64,000 nucleotides of DNA, taken from positions 52,330,001 to 52,394,000 of the forward strand of contig NW_024704743.1 in assembly GCF_018977255.1 (NCBI RefSeq), given 5' to 3'. This DNA comes from Callorhinchus milii. Taxonomy: Eukaryota. Shown here piece after piece: positions 35,804 to 49,010 of the stretch (its first letter is position 1; each line of letters begins with the position of its first letter). The notes beneath the pieces were generated by a model, which saw only the letters and a list, made by a program, of their open reading frames with translations, was not told the origin of the DNA and made no database searches. The translations under genes and the position numbers were made by a program.

Positions 35804-37179
35804 CTAGAGTGGAAGTTTGCTTATAAATGCAGGTCTCCTGTGGACGCATAGTTATCAGAAGGTCAGTATGCTTCTGATGAGAATTGATTAGCTTTCTGTA
35901 TATGCGTAGTGGAAGCCAGTTAGTCAGCCATGATCACCCTTGCAAGCATTTCTAGCACTGGAAATATTTGCAAAAATATGTACCACGCACTGGCCATTCC
36001 ACGTCAGTGGTTTCATTGGGCACCTGGAAGCAGGACTGGCAGGCATTTTTTCATAGGCCCATTGAAACGTGCCTGTTTATTGGACCCCAAATTACCATAT
36101 AACTGGTCACCCTGTATTTGTTAGATTAAACTTCTTTGAAATAATGAGGAAGATAACAGCTAGATTTTTCAATATTACAGTCTTAAGTTGGGTATAACAA
36201 CCTTGTTTATACAGTAATTTTCTGCTTTGTTCTATTGTGCAGTATGCAGACCCCTAAAGCTGAGCAAATTCTATTTTAATGTTAAAACTGTCACTGCCCA
36301 GACTAAAATTCAGAAATGGTTGGAAATAATCTGCAGTATATCAACCAAAATAAGAACTATTCATTAGGGAACACTTTGCCCAGTAAGATGGTGGAGGTGG
36401 ATGGTGTGAGCAATTTGAAGAATGAGTTAAATATTTGATGATAAAAGGGATTAGGGATCTTATGAGATGGGGAGAATTGGGATTTGAAAATGGGGCTAAA
36501 CAGGTAGTCTATAGTGGTCCTCTCCAGTTCTTCATATTCTTACATTTCTTCAATTGAAGTAACGGCTTATTTTATCATTCATTTACCTGAATTGCGTGAA
36601 ATTTGTTATGCACTTACACTGCAGTGCTTTAAAAAATTTATGATTGCTCCTGAATTTTTAATGACTAAATCTCAATGATCGAATGCTAAATTGCTTTTGC
36701 TCATTAGTTTGTGCTGTAGTAATTCAGTAAAATGCTGTAATATCCTTTCAGACTTTCTATAAAATGTTTTACTAATTTATTAAAAAGCTACTGTAACAAA
36801 ATCTTTAGTTTTCAAGTACTGAAAATATTGTACCTTTTTTCAAGGCGTAGTCAACACAATCCACAATTCCAACAGAAAAACCTTTTACTTGATCTTTAAC
36901 AAGTGAGCTTGAATTAGCAAAATCATTTTTTTAGCTTTTGAGCATTGATAAGATGTTAGAAAAATGGTATAATGGTAACCCCAAAATTATGAATATCTAT
37001 GAAGTATTTAAACCTGCTTCTGTTGCGTATATACACTGTATCTTGGGTTTTCCACAATAGTGATTAATGTAGGTGTCCAAAGTGAAGCGTAGCGTATTGT
37101 ATCTCAACTTTGTACACTCAAATGGCTTTCTTTATTAGTCAAGACCGTCAGTAAGTGTATGCCAGAAATTTAACTGAAA

Positions 37180-37400
37180 GGATTGTAGCCAAGCCTGATC
37201 CTGTTCTTGCTAGACATACATGTATACTTTTTAGCAGGGATCACTGGATAGCAATTGGGAGCGAAAAATCAACTATATCGTATCTACTGCTGTTCTGGCT
37301 ATGATGACCTAATTCAGTGCAGTCTGTAATTGAACTTGGTCCTTCTGAACTTCTGCTGCTCAGTACCATACTGGACAGTATCTCTGCCACCAAGCCATCA
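37180..37400 (-). mobile_element. Old LF-SINE-like fragment
   Basis: AGCCAAGCCTGATCCTGT...AGCAGGGATCACTGGATAGC is the reverse complement of motifs in the 11290 copy. Confidence 0.55.
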
Positions 37401-38109
37401 GTGAAACATGGCTACTAAAACTTAAGAGCATAACATTTGGCACTTGCTCTGAAATAAGGAACCGTTTGCAGCACAGAAGGTGGGCCATTCAGCCCATCAT
37501 GTATATGCTGGTGCTGTCTTCATCTACACCGTTATGGGGTCACCTTCAACATCTGTTTGTGGTAAGGCATTCCAAATTCAACTCTGTTGGCATATTTAGT
37601 TCAATAATTTTGAATATTGTGTGAAAATGATGCTGTTGATAATCAAATAATCAGAACCTAGTCTGTGAATGCTGAACAGTAACAATAATGGTGTTAATTA
37701 TCTAATTCATTGATCGCAGGCAGGCTTTCCGGCTGACTCATTTTCGTCTCCCTCTCCTATGCCTAGTTTGACAAGTCTGCTGTTCAGTTTTTGAAATTTT
37801 GTTCCTACTGTCTTTCTCCCTCGGCTTTTGTTCAGTTTTGAGAGGGGTTTCTGGTGGGACAGGGATTTCTGATGGGGCATTAAATCGTGGTCCTGACTGC
37901 CCATTCAGGTGGACATTAAAGATCTCAAGGCACTACTCAAAGAGAAGGGAGTTTATTAGTTGTCGTTACTATCTGTTTTATTTAGTTCTTGATTCGTGAT
38001 TGGCTGCGGTGTTTCGCCCACAAAATATATAGTCAATTCACGTTATAGTATATTCTGTGAAGCACTTTGAGATGTCTCGAAGACATGATAAGGTGCGATA
38101 TCAAATACA

Positions 38110-38330
38110 AGGATTATTATTATTATGATGCTGATGATGTCAGCATAGCCAGTCTGGCTCATCGGCAGGTCGTGGAAAGGGCAGACCAGTCACGAGGGGC
38201 AGGAATTCCTCCCACTCAGCTTCTGTTATCCCTTCAAGCCAAAGCCCTAATGGGTAGGGTGGTCCGAGTTAGAGAAGTGCATGAACTAAATACCAGTCAA
38301 CTGACAGAGACAAAGCCTCCTTGGACTTGC
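38110..38330 (-). repeat. Unclassified old interspersed repeat, copy 2
   Basis: GCTTCTGTTATCCCTTCAAGCCAAAGCCCTAATGGGTAGGGTGGTC is the reverse complement of ~1536-1580. Confidence 0.65.
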
Positions 38331-40332
38331 TAGCTCTGTAATTGTTAAATAAGAGGTGACAGATACGGTATAAGCAGACTATTTGAATTTCACCGTTGGA
38401 AAAAGAGGGCATCTTTTGATCATTATTGAGCAGTATTTATGCATGCTACTTTTAGTAGATAAAGTGACCTCCTGATGTGAAAGGCACAATAGAAATGCAA
38501 TTTGTTGTTGAGATTAAGTTGGTCGAGCACAGTCCAATTCAAGAAGATTGGCATGGTTTGTTAAAGGAACAAGAAGAGTTGAACTAAATAGCTTTTTCTT
38601 GTCCATACTTTAATTTTATGAACAATTTAAGATCTTAAAATGCAAATATTGACATGCTTCAAATTAGACAGCAAAAAATCAGGCACCCTATCTCTACATG
38701 CATTATTTCTTCACCAAATAGCTGTTCAGTTTGTTGAACTAATCTGCACTTCCTCACTGGTGAGTTATTTAATTCCATATGTTCATTACTCTATATGTAG
38801 AAAGTGGCAAATAAAGGTGGCTGATCCTTTTGCAAGCATCTGGGAGCACTGTGCTTTAAACTGTCTAGTGTAAGGTCAGCTGGTTGCTATGCAGCTGTCA
38901 GTGTTGACCTTTTTATGTTTTGTTTACTCGGATTGGTTTAAGAATTTGTTTGCATACAGACTACTTCTGAGTTTTCATTATCTTTGGAAACTAATTGTTT
39001 CTGCTTCTTTATAACCTTCTATAACCAGTGGAGAATTAAAATCCTTGTGTGGTTGAATTTATTTTGTGTCTGGTTTAGATGCAGAATAGAAATAGAAAGA
39101 AATAAAGAATGCAGAAGGAGGCCATTCAGTCCATCAAGCCTGCACTGGCTCACAGAACACTCCCAACTGCCCTGTCTTATCCCTATACCTGTTCAAATCA
39201 GTTGTTAGGCTTTCAAATGTGTGAGTTACATTTAGCTGAATGAATATCATCATGATAATTGCACAATGGCAGCAAGATTGCATCTAAGTGCCCTGAGATG
39301 CTACCCTGCATGGAGGATGCTATACAAGTGCAAGTTGTTGTTGTTGTTTAATGTCAATTTGTCTAGTTGCTCTGGTACAGTGACTCTTCATTGGACCCAA
39401 GTCAGTTCATTGTGGAATTGTATTTTTCAATCATTGCCAGCGCATGCCTTTATCTTGCCCAAACTGGCTGCTAAATTCCTCCTTTGTCATTTCAAGGACA
39501 GATTTCTCCAATGCTTTCCAAAGCTTCCCAGCTTCACCTGTTCACAGCTCTACAACCTGTACTCTTTCCCACACCGGGTTCTGCACACTCATTACTCCAA
39601 TCCGTACCAAGCTCTACTGACTCCCAGTACACCTATTTTCAGATGTTGTTCAAATCCCTTCACTGTCTTGCCCTCCCTACTTATGTAATCTGCTAGAGTT
39701 TTACCATACTAAAGGAAGAGTTCAATCCATTATGCCTAATACTGGCGTATTCATTCAGTCCCAATTTCCTGCTCCCATCCTCTTTTATATTTTTCTTTTT
39801 AAAATATTTATCCAAAAAGCTTTCAAAAAACTGTTTAATGTCTTATTCCAAAAGATGGTATCTCCGACAACACAACTTGCATAATATATGATTTATTGTT
39901 GCTTTAATTAGTGATGAATCATAGTAATAATAATTCTTGCAGTTGATATAAAGAGTCCGTAACTCTCTGTCTTTCGCCTTGGGACATCCTCCTGACGTGA
40001 AAGGTGCTTTACAAATGTAATGTTGTTGTAGAGCCATATCACATTGTTGAAATGTCTCAAAGTGCTTCACAGAATATACTGTAAAGTGAATTGACTGTAT
40101 ATTTTCTGGGTGCATTGCAGCATCCAATTGACATAGTGTGCCACAAACAGTCGTGGATTGAGTGACAAAATATTTTTTTTAGAGGTTTATTACCACCGGA
40201 AAAAGATCCGTTAATCGACTAACAACCAGGTTCCTACTTGGTACACCAGCCACCTCCACTCCCTCAAGGTACAAGTGTGGGCATCGCCCCCTCACATTCC
40301 AGCCCCTACCTATCCCTCCCCCCAAACCTTTG

Positions 40333-41200
40333 AACAACAACAACAAAATTACATTTGCATAGCGCCATTCACATCAGGAGGACATCCCAAGGTGCTGGAC
40401 AATCAGTTCTTTGAACCTGAACTGGTGGTCGGGATCATTGAGGGTGGAGAGCGGGGGGGAAGGCGGGTGACCGAAGGCACGGCCGAAGAGGAGGTTCTTG
40501 AGACAGGTCTTCAAGGAGGCAAGGGAGGGGGTGAGGCGGACGGACTGCGGTATGGAGTTCCAGAAGGTGGGGCAGAGTGGCTGAACGCCCGCCCGAATGG
40601 CTGGGAGTGGTGGGGGACGTGAAGCAGGCTGGAGCCTGCTGAGAGGAGGGCAAGTTGGTAGAGGGTTACGAGGTCGCAGAGGTAGAGGTGCTGGCCATGG
40701 AGGTCTTTGAAGATGAGGACCAGGATCTTGAACTGTATCCTCTGTGTGATGGGAAGCCAGTGGAGTCGGGCGAGAATGGGGGTGATGGGGTTACAGAGCC
40801 TGGTGCGGGAGAGGACACGGGCTGCAGAGTTCTTGATGATCTCTACGGAGGGAGGAATTGATAAGCAAGGAGTTTACATAGTTGAGCTTTGATGTTATAA
40901 ATGCGTGTATGAGGGTCTCGGCTGCCTGCAGTGTGAGACAGTGGCGGAGCCGGGCGATGTTGGGGAGATGGAGGAAGGCAGAGCGGGTCATGGCACGGAT
41001 GTGGGGTAGAGAGGACAGTAGAGGGTCAAACAAGAAGCCAAGCTTTCGGACTGGCTTAGTGAGGTGGAATTGCATCCTTGGATGGTGATGCTGTCAGTCC
41101 CTGAGGTGTGGAGGCGGTGACAGGAGCCAAACAGGGGGGCCTTGGTCTTGTTGATATTCAACAATAGAAAGTTAGCTTTCATCCAGGACGATGTCTGACA
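40333..41200 (-). mobile_element. L2 3' region (~870 bp)
   Basis: SWMKANFLLLNINKTK, LGFLFDPLLS and AAETLIHAFITSKLNY on the minus strand; (CAA)n tail. Confidence 0.9.
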
Positions 41201-41202
41201 GA

Positions 41203-41380
41203 CATCCTTCAAGGCGTGTCTCAAGACCCTCCTCTTTGACCTTGCCTTCGGCCACCCTCCCTACCCTCCACCCTCCCTGAACCCAAGCCCCCTGCTCAGG
41301 TTCAAATCCCTGTCCAACGCCTTGGGACGTCCTCCCAACGTTAAAAGCGTTGTACAATTGTAATTTTGTATATTGTGTTG
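41203..41380 (+). mobile_element. L2 3' end abutting the previous L2 in opposite orientation
   Basis: TCCTTCAAGGCGTGTCTCAAGACCCTCCTCTTTGACC...GCCTTGGGACGTCCTCCCAACGT. Confidence 0.8.
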
Positions 41381-41477
41381 TACTTACTGCTACATAATGT
41401 AGTTATGTCCAGAGCTCCACAAACTATCAAACAACTAATGAAACAACATTTGTAGTACTAGGCTGTAGTTTGTAGTA

Positions 41478-41650
41478 CCGTGCCTTCAGCTCCCCTCTCA
41501 ACTCTCTACCCCCTCCTCGCTCCCTCCCTTCCCTCCCCGCACCCTGACCATTTCCCCCCTCCTCGGGTCCTGACCCAACTGTGCAGCGCTTTGGGACGTC
41601 CTCCCGACGTGAAAGGCGCTCAATAAATGGAATCTTGTTGTTGTTGTTGT
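41478..41650 (+). mobile_element. Young L2 3' UTR
   Basis: Near-identical to 46100-46272; (TTG)n tail. Confidence 0.88.
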
Positions 41651-42303
41651 AGGTTATTACTAGAGGAATGATTTCTGAATCTCACTCATTTGGAGAAATT
41701 CAGTTTGTCTGTTTCTCACTTAAAGGGATTATTTCAAGGAACATTCTAACATCTATTTTATTAGCTTTCCTTTCAAACAGCCTGGTATTTTTCAGATCTT
41801 GAATAGCTGTTCTGTGTACTAGTATATTTGTGGCCATTAGTAAATCTCCTGTTTATTTTAAGAGTTCTGTGATGCTCAGAGTTGTACAGAATTAAGTTGA
41901 AGTGCTGGATTTTGAATTTAAACTCCTTTGACGTAATGCAAAATAATTTAAGTAGCCTGTGCTCTGAGATAGTGAGTAATTGTTTTTTTTAATTTCTGAT
42001 TAATGTTGAAATATAGTGGTGTGAATTTGGCATTTAGCCCTCTTGATTCAATTGTAAGCGCCCTTAATGAGCATAGGAATGAGGTTAATTTCGATCTCCC
42101 TGCTTTCCCCCCCCCCCGCCCTCCACCCTCCCTGACCCCAACCCCCAGCTCAGGTCCGTAACTCTGTCATCCAGCGCTTTGAGACGTCCTCCCGACGTGA
42201 AAGGCGCTTTACAAATGTAGTTTTGTTGTTGTTGTTTAATGGCTGCAGAAGTCCCAATACATGCAACAATTGCTTGAAACATGAAAAAAACAAGGCAAAT
42301 AAA

Positions 42304-42345
<42 letters not shown>

Positions 42346-43308
42346 TGAAATATCTAAAGAGCTGGAAAAAGTATTTTTTTAAAAAAAATGTTTTTTTTCT
42401 AAATAAGGCCATAGTGTTCTTCAATGCTACTTAAGATATTTTAATAATTATTTTGTTCTATGCAATTAATCCATCAAATGAAGGGATTGAGCTTGTACCT
42501 TGCTGCCCACAGACCAAATAGAATATAGATTTATAATTTTATTTTACTTTTTTTCCCATGAAGGTGACAAATGCCCATTCTGGGGAAGGAAATATTTTTC
42601 AAACTAAGTACCAGGTTCTCAGATCTGGAAGAACCTAGCTGAATGTGGGTGGTGCTTATTCTGCCCTCCCATAATCATGTGTCTTACACTCAGTCTCAGG
42701 GTAACACTCATTATTTGCACCAATATAATTGAATTTCCTCCATCAGCCATCTTTGTGGTGTTTGTCAAAGATATCCTATTTGGTTCTGCATCATGGGCAA
42801 TTTGTGCTGAAGATCATTATGCACTAGGAGTGTATTCAGATTGGCTAGAGTTATTCATGGTGTTTAATTGATCTTTAATTGTACAGGAGAAAGGATGATG
42901 CATACTTTTTAGTAGACTCTCTTGCCTGTACTTAAACCTTAAACCAAGGTCACTTATGGCTTTTCAAGTGAACGTTAAAGATCCCATGGTGATTCACTTC
43001 ATGGCTCTTTGTGGGTCATTGTTATGTGCAAATTGGCTGCCAGATTCGCCCTCAAAAACACACTTTATAACAGTATATCCTGTGAAGCACTTTGGGACAT
43101 GCTCCCGATGTGAAAGGTGCTTCACCAAATATAAAGATTATTAATTATTGTGTCAACTTTTACAGAGTTTGGAACTCTAATTTATCTGAAACTACTGTGG
43201 AATTCAGCAAACACGCACAGCTTTCAGAAATCGTCTTGTACAGTCAGTTTTCTAAAACTGCCAAACTTGCGTTTTTTATTACAAGAAATTACTTTTGCCT
43301 GTTAAACA

Positions 43309-43712
43309 TGTCAGCTTGGCTCCATTGGTAGCATTCTTGTCTCCGAATTTGGTTGTGGATTCAAGCCCCCATGTCAGGACTTTCAACTCAGACTAGGCTG
43401 ACATTGCAATAAAGGTGTGCTGCATTTTTTCGAGATGCTGTCCTTCATTAAAACTCGGTCCCATCTGCCTGTTCATGTGCACATTAAAGATCCCATAGCA
43501 CTATTTTGAACAAAAGTTTCTCCGGTTGTCCTTGCTAACAATCCCACAGATAAAACTGGCCATTCACTTCATGGCTATTTCTGGGACATTCCTGTGAGAA
43601 AATTGGGTGTCAAGTTCCCCTACAGAAATTGTTATTTACAGTGAATCCTGTGAAGTGTTTTGAGGCATCCTCCCAATGTGAAAGGCACTATCAAATGCCA
43701 GGATTCTTATAA
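43309..43712 (+). mobile_element. Deu-domain-like SINE, full length
   Basis: Head GTCAGCTTGGCTC, GGATTCAAGCCC, core GGTCCCATCTGCCTGTTCA..ATTAAAGATCCCATAGCACTATTT and tail. Confidence 0.78.
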
Positions 43713-45414
43713 TTAGAAAATAGAAAGTATTGTATATAAATTACAGAATATAAAGTAGCAATATTAATTAAAACATTTGAAAGATATTAGGAAAAGATGA
43801 GAAATAATAAAGAGCAATAAACTATAAATTGATGTAATAGAAATCTGGCCAACTAAATTACTTTGTCAAACTTTGTGTGCACCTTTTGAGTTTTACAAAA
43901 CATATGGTCATTTTAATAGTAAGCCTTGGAGGACTGATGGAATGTTTCACCTTGTCCATGATGTACTGTTTTATTATTTACTAGAACCAGTCAGGCAGAT
44001 GACGAAAAGTTCAAGCAGATGTGGTACACGGTAAGCTCCACCTGCACGTTTTATGAGTGTTCATTTGTGAGATTACTATTAAGACTATTTCAGGCTTTTG
44101 CTACCATCACTAAATGCATGAGGGATATTTTCTAACACCTAATATGAAATAAGCTGTGCAGCACTGCTATCAATGCAAATGTAGCATACTTATGTTGCAC
44201 TGACTGAGCAATGAGCTGTGAGCAACGTTTAGATAAGCTATGGCTCTTGAAAAGCAACATCTCAGAGGGGATCTTAAATAAGATTTTAAGTGTGATTGGA
44301 TAAAGTAAACCCAGAAGAATACTTTCACATACAAGGCAGCAGAATAAGAGGGCACAAATCAGGGTTACAAAGGGCAATTTAAGGACAAAGAGAATAGGAA
44401 ATATTTATTTTCCCAGAAGGTAATTATTGACTGGAACAGGTTACCAAGGAGAGTGGTTGAGGCCAGGATGATGGATTCTTAAGAAAAAGTTTTATTCTGC
44501 AATGGGACATTGGTTGTTCTGGAAGAGATCAAATGGGCTCAAGGACCTTCTTCTACCAAGCCTTTCTTGTAATCTTGTGAACTTTCCCAGTTTTAATCTT
44601 GATTGATACATTGATATAAGGATGATTCTGATATAATAAATAATTTTACGTTTGATATAGCACCTTGTCTCATCACTGAGTCATTTCAAAGTGCTTCACA
44701 ACAATTTCCTGGGGAACTAAGAGGAAGCGGCTACAGGGAGGGAGAGCGGGCTCCAGGCTATAGTGATTTGTCACTCACCACCTCCCAAAGGCACTGTTGG
44801 CAATGCAGCAGGCGTCTCTATTTGCCAAAGCCCTTCAGTTGATTGGGACTGACTAAACTGAACTCTTCCACATGAGGAGCTGGATTAAGCAGTTGGTGTT
44901 GAGTAAGCCTGGTACGGCATTGAATCTCCAGAACATTAAGGTGGCCGTCATGTCATAAGCTGCCCTGTATAAGTCATTCCTCCATACTGAACGCAGATAT
45001 CCATCAAATAACTGAAGAGGAAATTCTTAAGTTGGGAAGACAGATGTTGATAGCGATTACCTGGAGGCTGGGTTTGTAAACGCGCACTCATATAGATTTG
45101 GAATCACTTTAATTGGTATGCAGAGAGGCAAGCAGCTGCTGCTCAAGCTTTGCACTTCAAACGGATGCAACCTTCGCTCAATGGGTAGGGATGGGAGTTC
45201 AAGCTGTAGGCAGGAGTGTGGTGTCAATTCTCTTGCTCATTTCAGTGCTCTTCACTAAGAAGGCTCACAGGAGTTCCCGGTAAGGGCTCAAACCTGCACT
45301 TGTCAAATGACCAAATAATGATTCTCCTGCGTTCTGTGTGGGGAGAGTGGAGTTTCCTTGGGGCTGAGCTGGCTGTAAGGTGTAATGCTGGACAATAGAA
45401 TATTGTATTGAGTC

Positions 45415-46272
45415 AATCCCTGTGGCAATCTTGGTAGCTCAGTACCTGAACCAGCTGGCGCTGACAGCATCAGCATCCAAGGCTGCACTCTCCACCTCTC
45501 AAAGCCGCTCAGGAACCTCGGGGTTCTGTTCGACCCTGAGCTGTCCTTTCTCCCTCATATCTGCGCCACAACTGGCACCGCCTTCCATCACCTCCGGAAC
45601 ATCGCCAGACTACGGCATTACCTCACCCCTCACGCTGCTGAAACTCTGAAACGCCTTTATCACCTCAAGGCTGGACTATGGGAACTCTCTCCTCGTCGGC
45701 CTTCCCGGCACCTCCCTCCACAAGCTGCAGGTCATTCAGAACTCTGCAGCTCGTGTACTGTCCCGCACCAGGCTTCGGACACATCACTCCCCCCTCGCTC
45801 GCCTCCACTGGCTCCCCATCCCCCAGAGGATCGAATTCAAGATCCTCATCCTCACCTACAAGGCCATTCATGGCCTTGCTCTCTCCTACCTCTCTGATCT
45901 ACTATCCCCCTACTTACCTGCCCGTACCCTCCGTTCCTCTGGCTCTGGTCTGCTCCACATCCCCCGCCTCAACCGCCCTACCATTGGTGGTCGGGCCTTC
46001 AGCCTCTCAGCCCCGAGGCTCTGGAACTCTATCCCCCAGTGCCTTCGCCGCCTCCTCCCTTTCCTCCTTCAAGGCCGGTCTCAAGACCTTTCTCTTTGAC
46101 CGTGCCTTCAGCTCCCCTCTCGACTCTCTACCCCCTCCTCGCTCCCTCCCTTCCCTCCCCTCACCCTGACCGTTTCCCCCCTGCTCGGGTCCTGACCCAA
46201 CTGTCCAGCGCCTTGGGACGTCCTCCCGACGTGAAAGGCGCTCTATAAATGGAATCTTGTTGTTGTTGTTGT
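45415..46272 (+). mobile_element. Young L2 3' region (~850 bp)
   Basis: RNLGVLFDPELSF, AFITSRLDYGNSLL, LHWLPIPQRIEFKIL and FKAGLKTFLFD; CpGs retained; (TTG)n tail. Confidence 0.93.
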
Positions 46273-46386
46273 TCAACAACCGCAGCAACTACTGTACTTG
46301 CATTCATGCAGTATCTCGGATCGCTTGACAGTGGTGTAGTTTGGCACTTGGGCGAAAAGAGAGATGATATAAACGAGTCTTGTGTT

Positions 46387-47125
46387 GGTTGTACCCTGAG
46401 CCAATAAAAAAAATGCGGAAATATTTTCCAACAATTGAGGGGGGATTTGCAAACTCTTCGGGAAATCGCGGGGTTATTTGGCAAATTTTGCAAACAATTG
46501 TGGGTCGTTGATTGATGCTATTGAGGTACATTTTACTGTCAACCTACATTTCTTCACTCTATTGATGAAAACTAAACATGAGGAAATGACATATTAGATT
46601 GTTGCTATTTTGTTTATTAATTTCTTCTTTAACAAAAACTGTGGCCCATTTGGGGTGAGTGGGAGGTACACCGGTGCAGACCCAAAAGGCCTGGAGATCT
46701 GTCCAAAACAGGCACTCAGGACCAGTGTCCTAACTGCAGGCTACAGGAGCTCATCACCTCCTGCCTCTCGAGGCCCGGCACCGCACATAGACAGAAACAG
46801 AGACCCAGAGAGAGACACATACACTCAGATATGTAGAGACACACACAGACATGCTCACAGACACATACAGAGGAGAGAGACACACTCACACAGAGAGAGA
46901 GAGACACACAGACAATCTCAACATTGGGGCCTCCAAGTGGAGCGAATCCCATTTTCCGCTTGCGCTGCACCACATATGCGCGTCTGGAGCTGCTCCATCC
47001 ACAGTTGCGTCAGGTAAACAGCCAAGAGGCCTGGGTGTCAGAAACTTAATTTTTTAGCAGATTTACTGTTTATAGCAGATTCCGTGGAAAAATGCAGCCG
47101 CACTTTCTATTGGCCAGGTTACACC
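46387..47125. mobile_element. Non-autonomous TIR element related to the hAT at 34393, with GC-rich/microsatellite interior
   Basis: TIRs GGTTGTACCCTGAGCCAATAAAAAAAATGCGG / CCGCACTTTCTATTGGCCAGGTTACACC; 46395-46640 is homologous to 34400-34655. Confidence 0.72.
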
Positions 47126-47336
47126 ACTCGCCTCACAAGTGAAAGAATCGAGTTTGGTTCCCAGGCAGGGCCAAACCTTAGGCAAATTTCCTTCCTCCAC
47201 ACGTATATGTTAACCTAGCAGTCAGTAGGAACCCAGTTTTTAGTCACTTTTCCGGGGGTAATAATTCCTTAAAAAAAATTGAAGTTTGAAATGGGCTGGC
47301 AGTTTACAAAGGTTAGAGGGATCAATGGAGTTTTTT

Positions 47337-47710
47337 TTAGGAAGGGAATGATGACAGCGGTTTTGAGGGGGAGTGAGACTGAGCCTGAGGACAGGGAGTG
47401 GTTGACTTGGTTTGCCAGCAGAGGAAGGGCAATTGGCTGACCAGCAGCTGGGTGGGAAGGGGATCGAGGCAGCAGATAGTGAGCTTCATATGGGTGATGA
47501 TGGTTGAGAGGGAGGAAGAAGAAATGGAGGTAGAAGAGTGTAGGGTGGGGACGGTGGTCGTAGCCATGGCAGAAAAATGAGTGTTTGGGGGGCGATGGGG
47601 GGATAGTACAGGAGAGAGAAAGGAAGCAGCCAGGTGGATGTTATCCATCTTTGAGGCAAAGAAGTGCAGGATCTTTTCGCGCTTGGCATTTGAGATGAGG
47701 ATCGAGGGTG
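47337..47710 (-). mobile_element. L2 ORF2 internal fragment
   Basis: MKLTICCLDPLPTQLL, homologous to 9600-9920. Confidence 0.85.
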
Positions 47711-48641
47711 AAATAGGTTAATAAAATATGAACTTAATTTAAATATTAAATTCAGTCTTAAATGAGAAAATTGTTTTATCAATTTACAGCTATATTTAGC
47801 AAAATCATTTGGAACTCACAGTTATTCAAAGTTCTTAGAAAAAAATTTAGTTAGCTGCATATTTGCAATACCAGGGGCTAAAGTTCCTGGACTTATTTTG
47901 CACAAGACATGTTTTCAGCGCTCCGTGATGCTATCCCAGGTTAAGAGCGCTGTATAAATGTAAGTTGTTTCCCTTGTTGAATATGAGAGAAAATCCACTG
48001 TACTCAGAATGAGAAAAAAGGAATAAATTTCATTTTTTAAAAATGTTTAAGTAAACATACCTGAACAAGTATTCTGAATTAGGAAAGTGTGGGAAGAAAA
48101 TGGAAAAACAAATATTTTACAAGCATAGATACACCGAAAATGAAAACATGATACAATACAAATTAGAGGACCGGCAAGCAGCTACTGAGACAAATCAAGA
48201 GAGGAAAAGAAAATCATTTAAAACCAAATTTGATGAAGCAGAATATAAACCGAGCAAAAAAGGAAGAAGGGTTTTGCCATTTCGTTACAGGAATGCAAGA
48301 GACCACATTGTTCTTCAATTTTTAGTACATTTGCGCTATTGCTTATAACCAATAGAGAAAGTAGTGCTCGAATGGTTAGCATCCAGTTTTATGGGGGAGG
48401 GAGAAGGTCACCTGGTCTCTGTTTCAAAATTATGATCAACTATTCTTTTGTTTGATCAGTCTATTTTTGATTACTTTTTAATAATAGTCCTTGCAATTGA
48501 TACAGTAATTTATCATTTTGCCAAAACGACTGAAAGCACTTCACAGGATTTACTGTACAGTTTACCTCTGCGGCAAGAGTACTGCCAATGAGCCAAACTG
48601 ATACCCTAATTGAAGCTTCTACTAACGATAGAAATAAATAT

Positions 48642-49010
48642 AATAATAATCCTTGTATTTGGTATAGTGGCTTATCACGTCTTCGAAACGTCTCAAAGCG
48701 CTTCACAGAATATACTGTAAAGTGAATTTACTGTATAGTTTGTGGGTAAAACACGGCAGCCAATGGCACACAATGGTGTTCCGCAAACACACAGATTGAG
48801 TGATCAAATTATTATTTTTTGTCTTTTTTTAAGGGATTATTACCTCCAGAAAAAACAATCCCAAATCGACTAACAACCAGGTTCCTCCTTACTATTAGGT
48901 ACATAGAGGCTTGTGACGTAAGGAAACTTGCCCAAAGTTTGGCCCTGCCTGGGAATCAAACCCAGGTCTTCTTGCTTGCGAGGTGAATATTCTAACCACT
49001 AAACTACAGG
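48642..49010 (-). mobile_element. tRNA-derived SINE, long variant
   Basis: Complete head, body and tail on the minus strand. Confidence 0.88.

Noticed and set aside
48100..48348. Lys/Glu-rich 82-aa ORF as an exon
   Set aside because: A-rich composition explains the peptide; no LPCAT1 similarity and no convincing splice-site pair.
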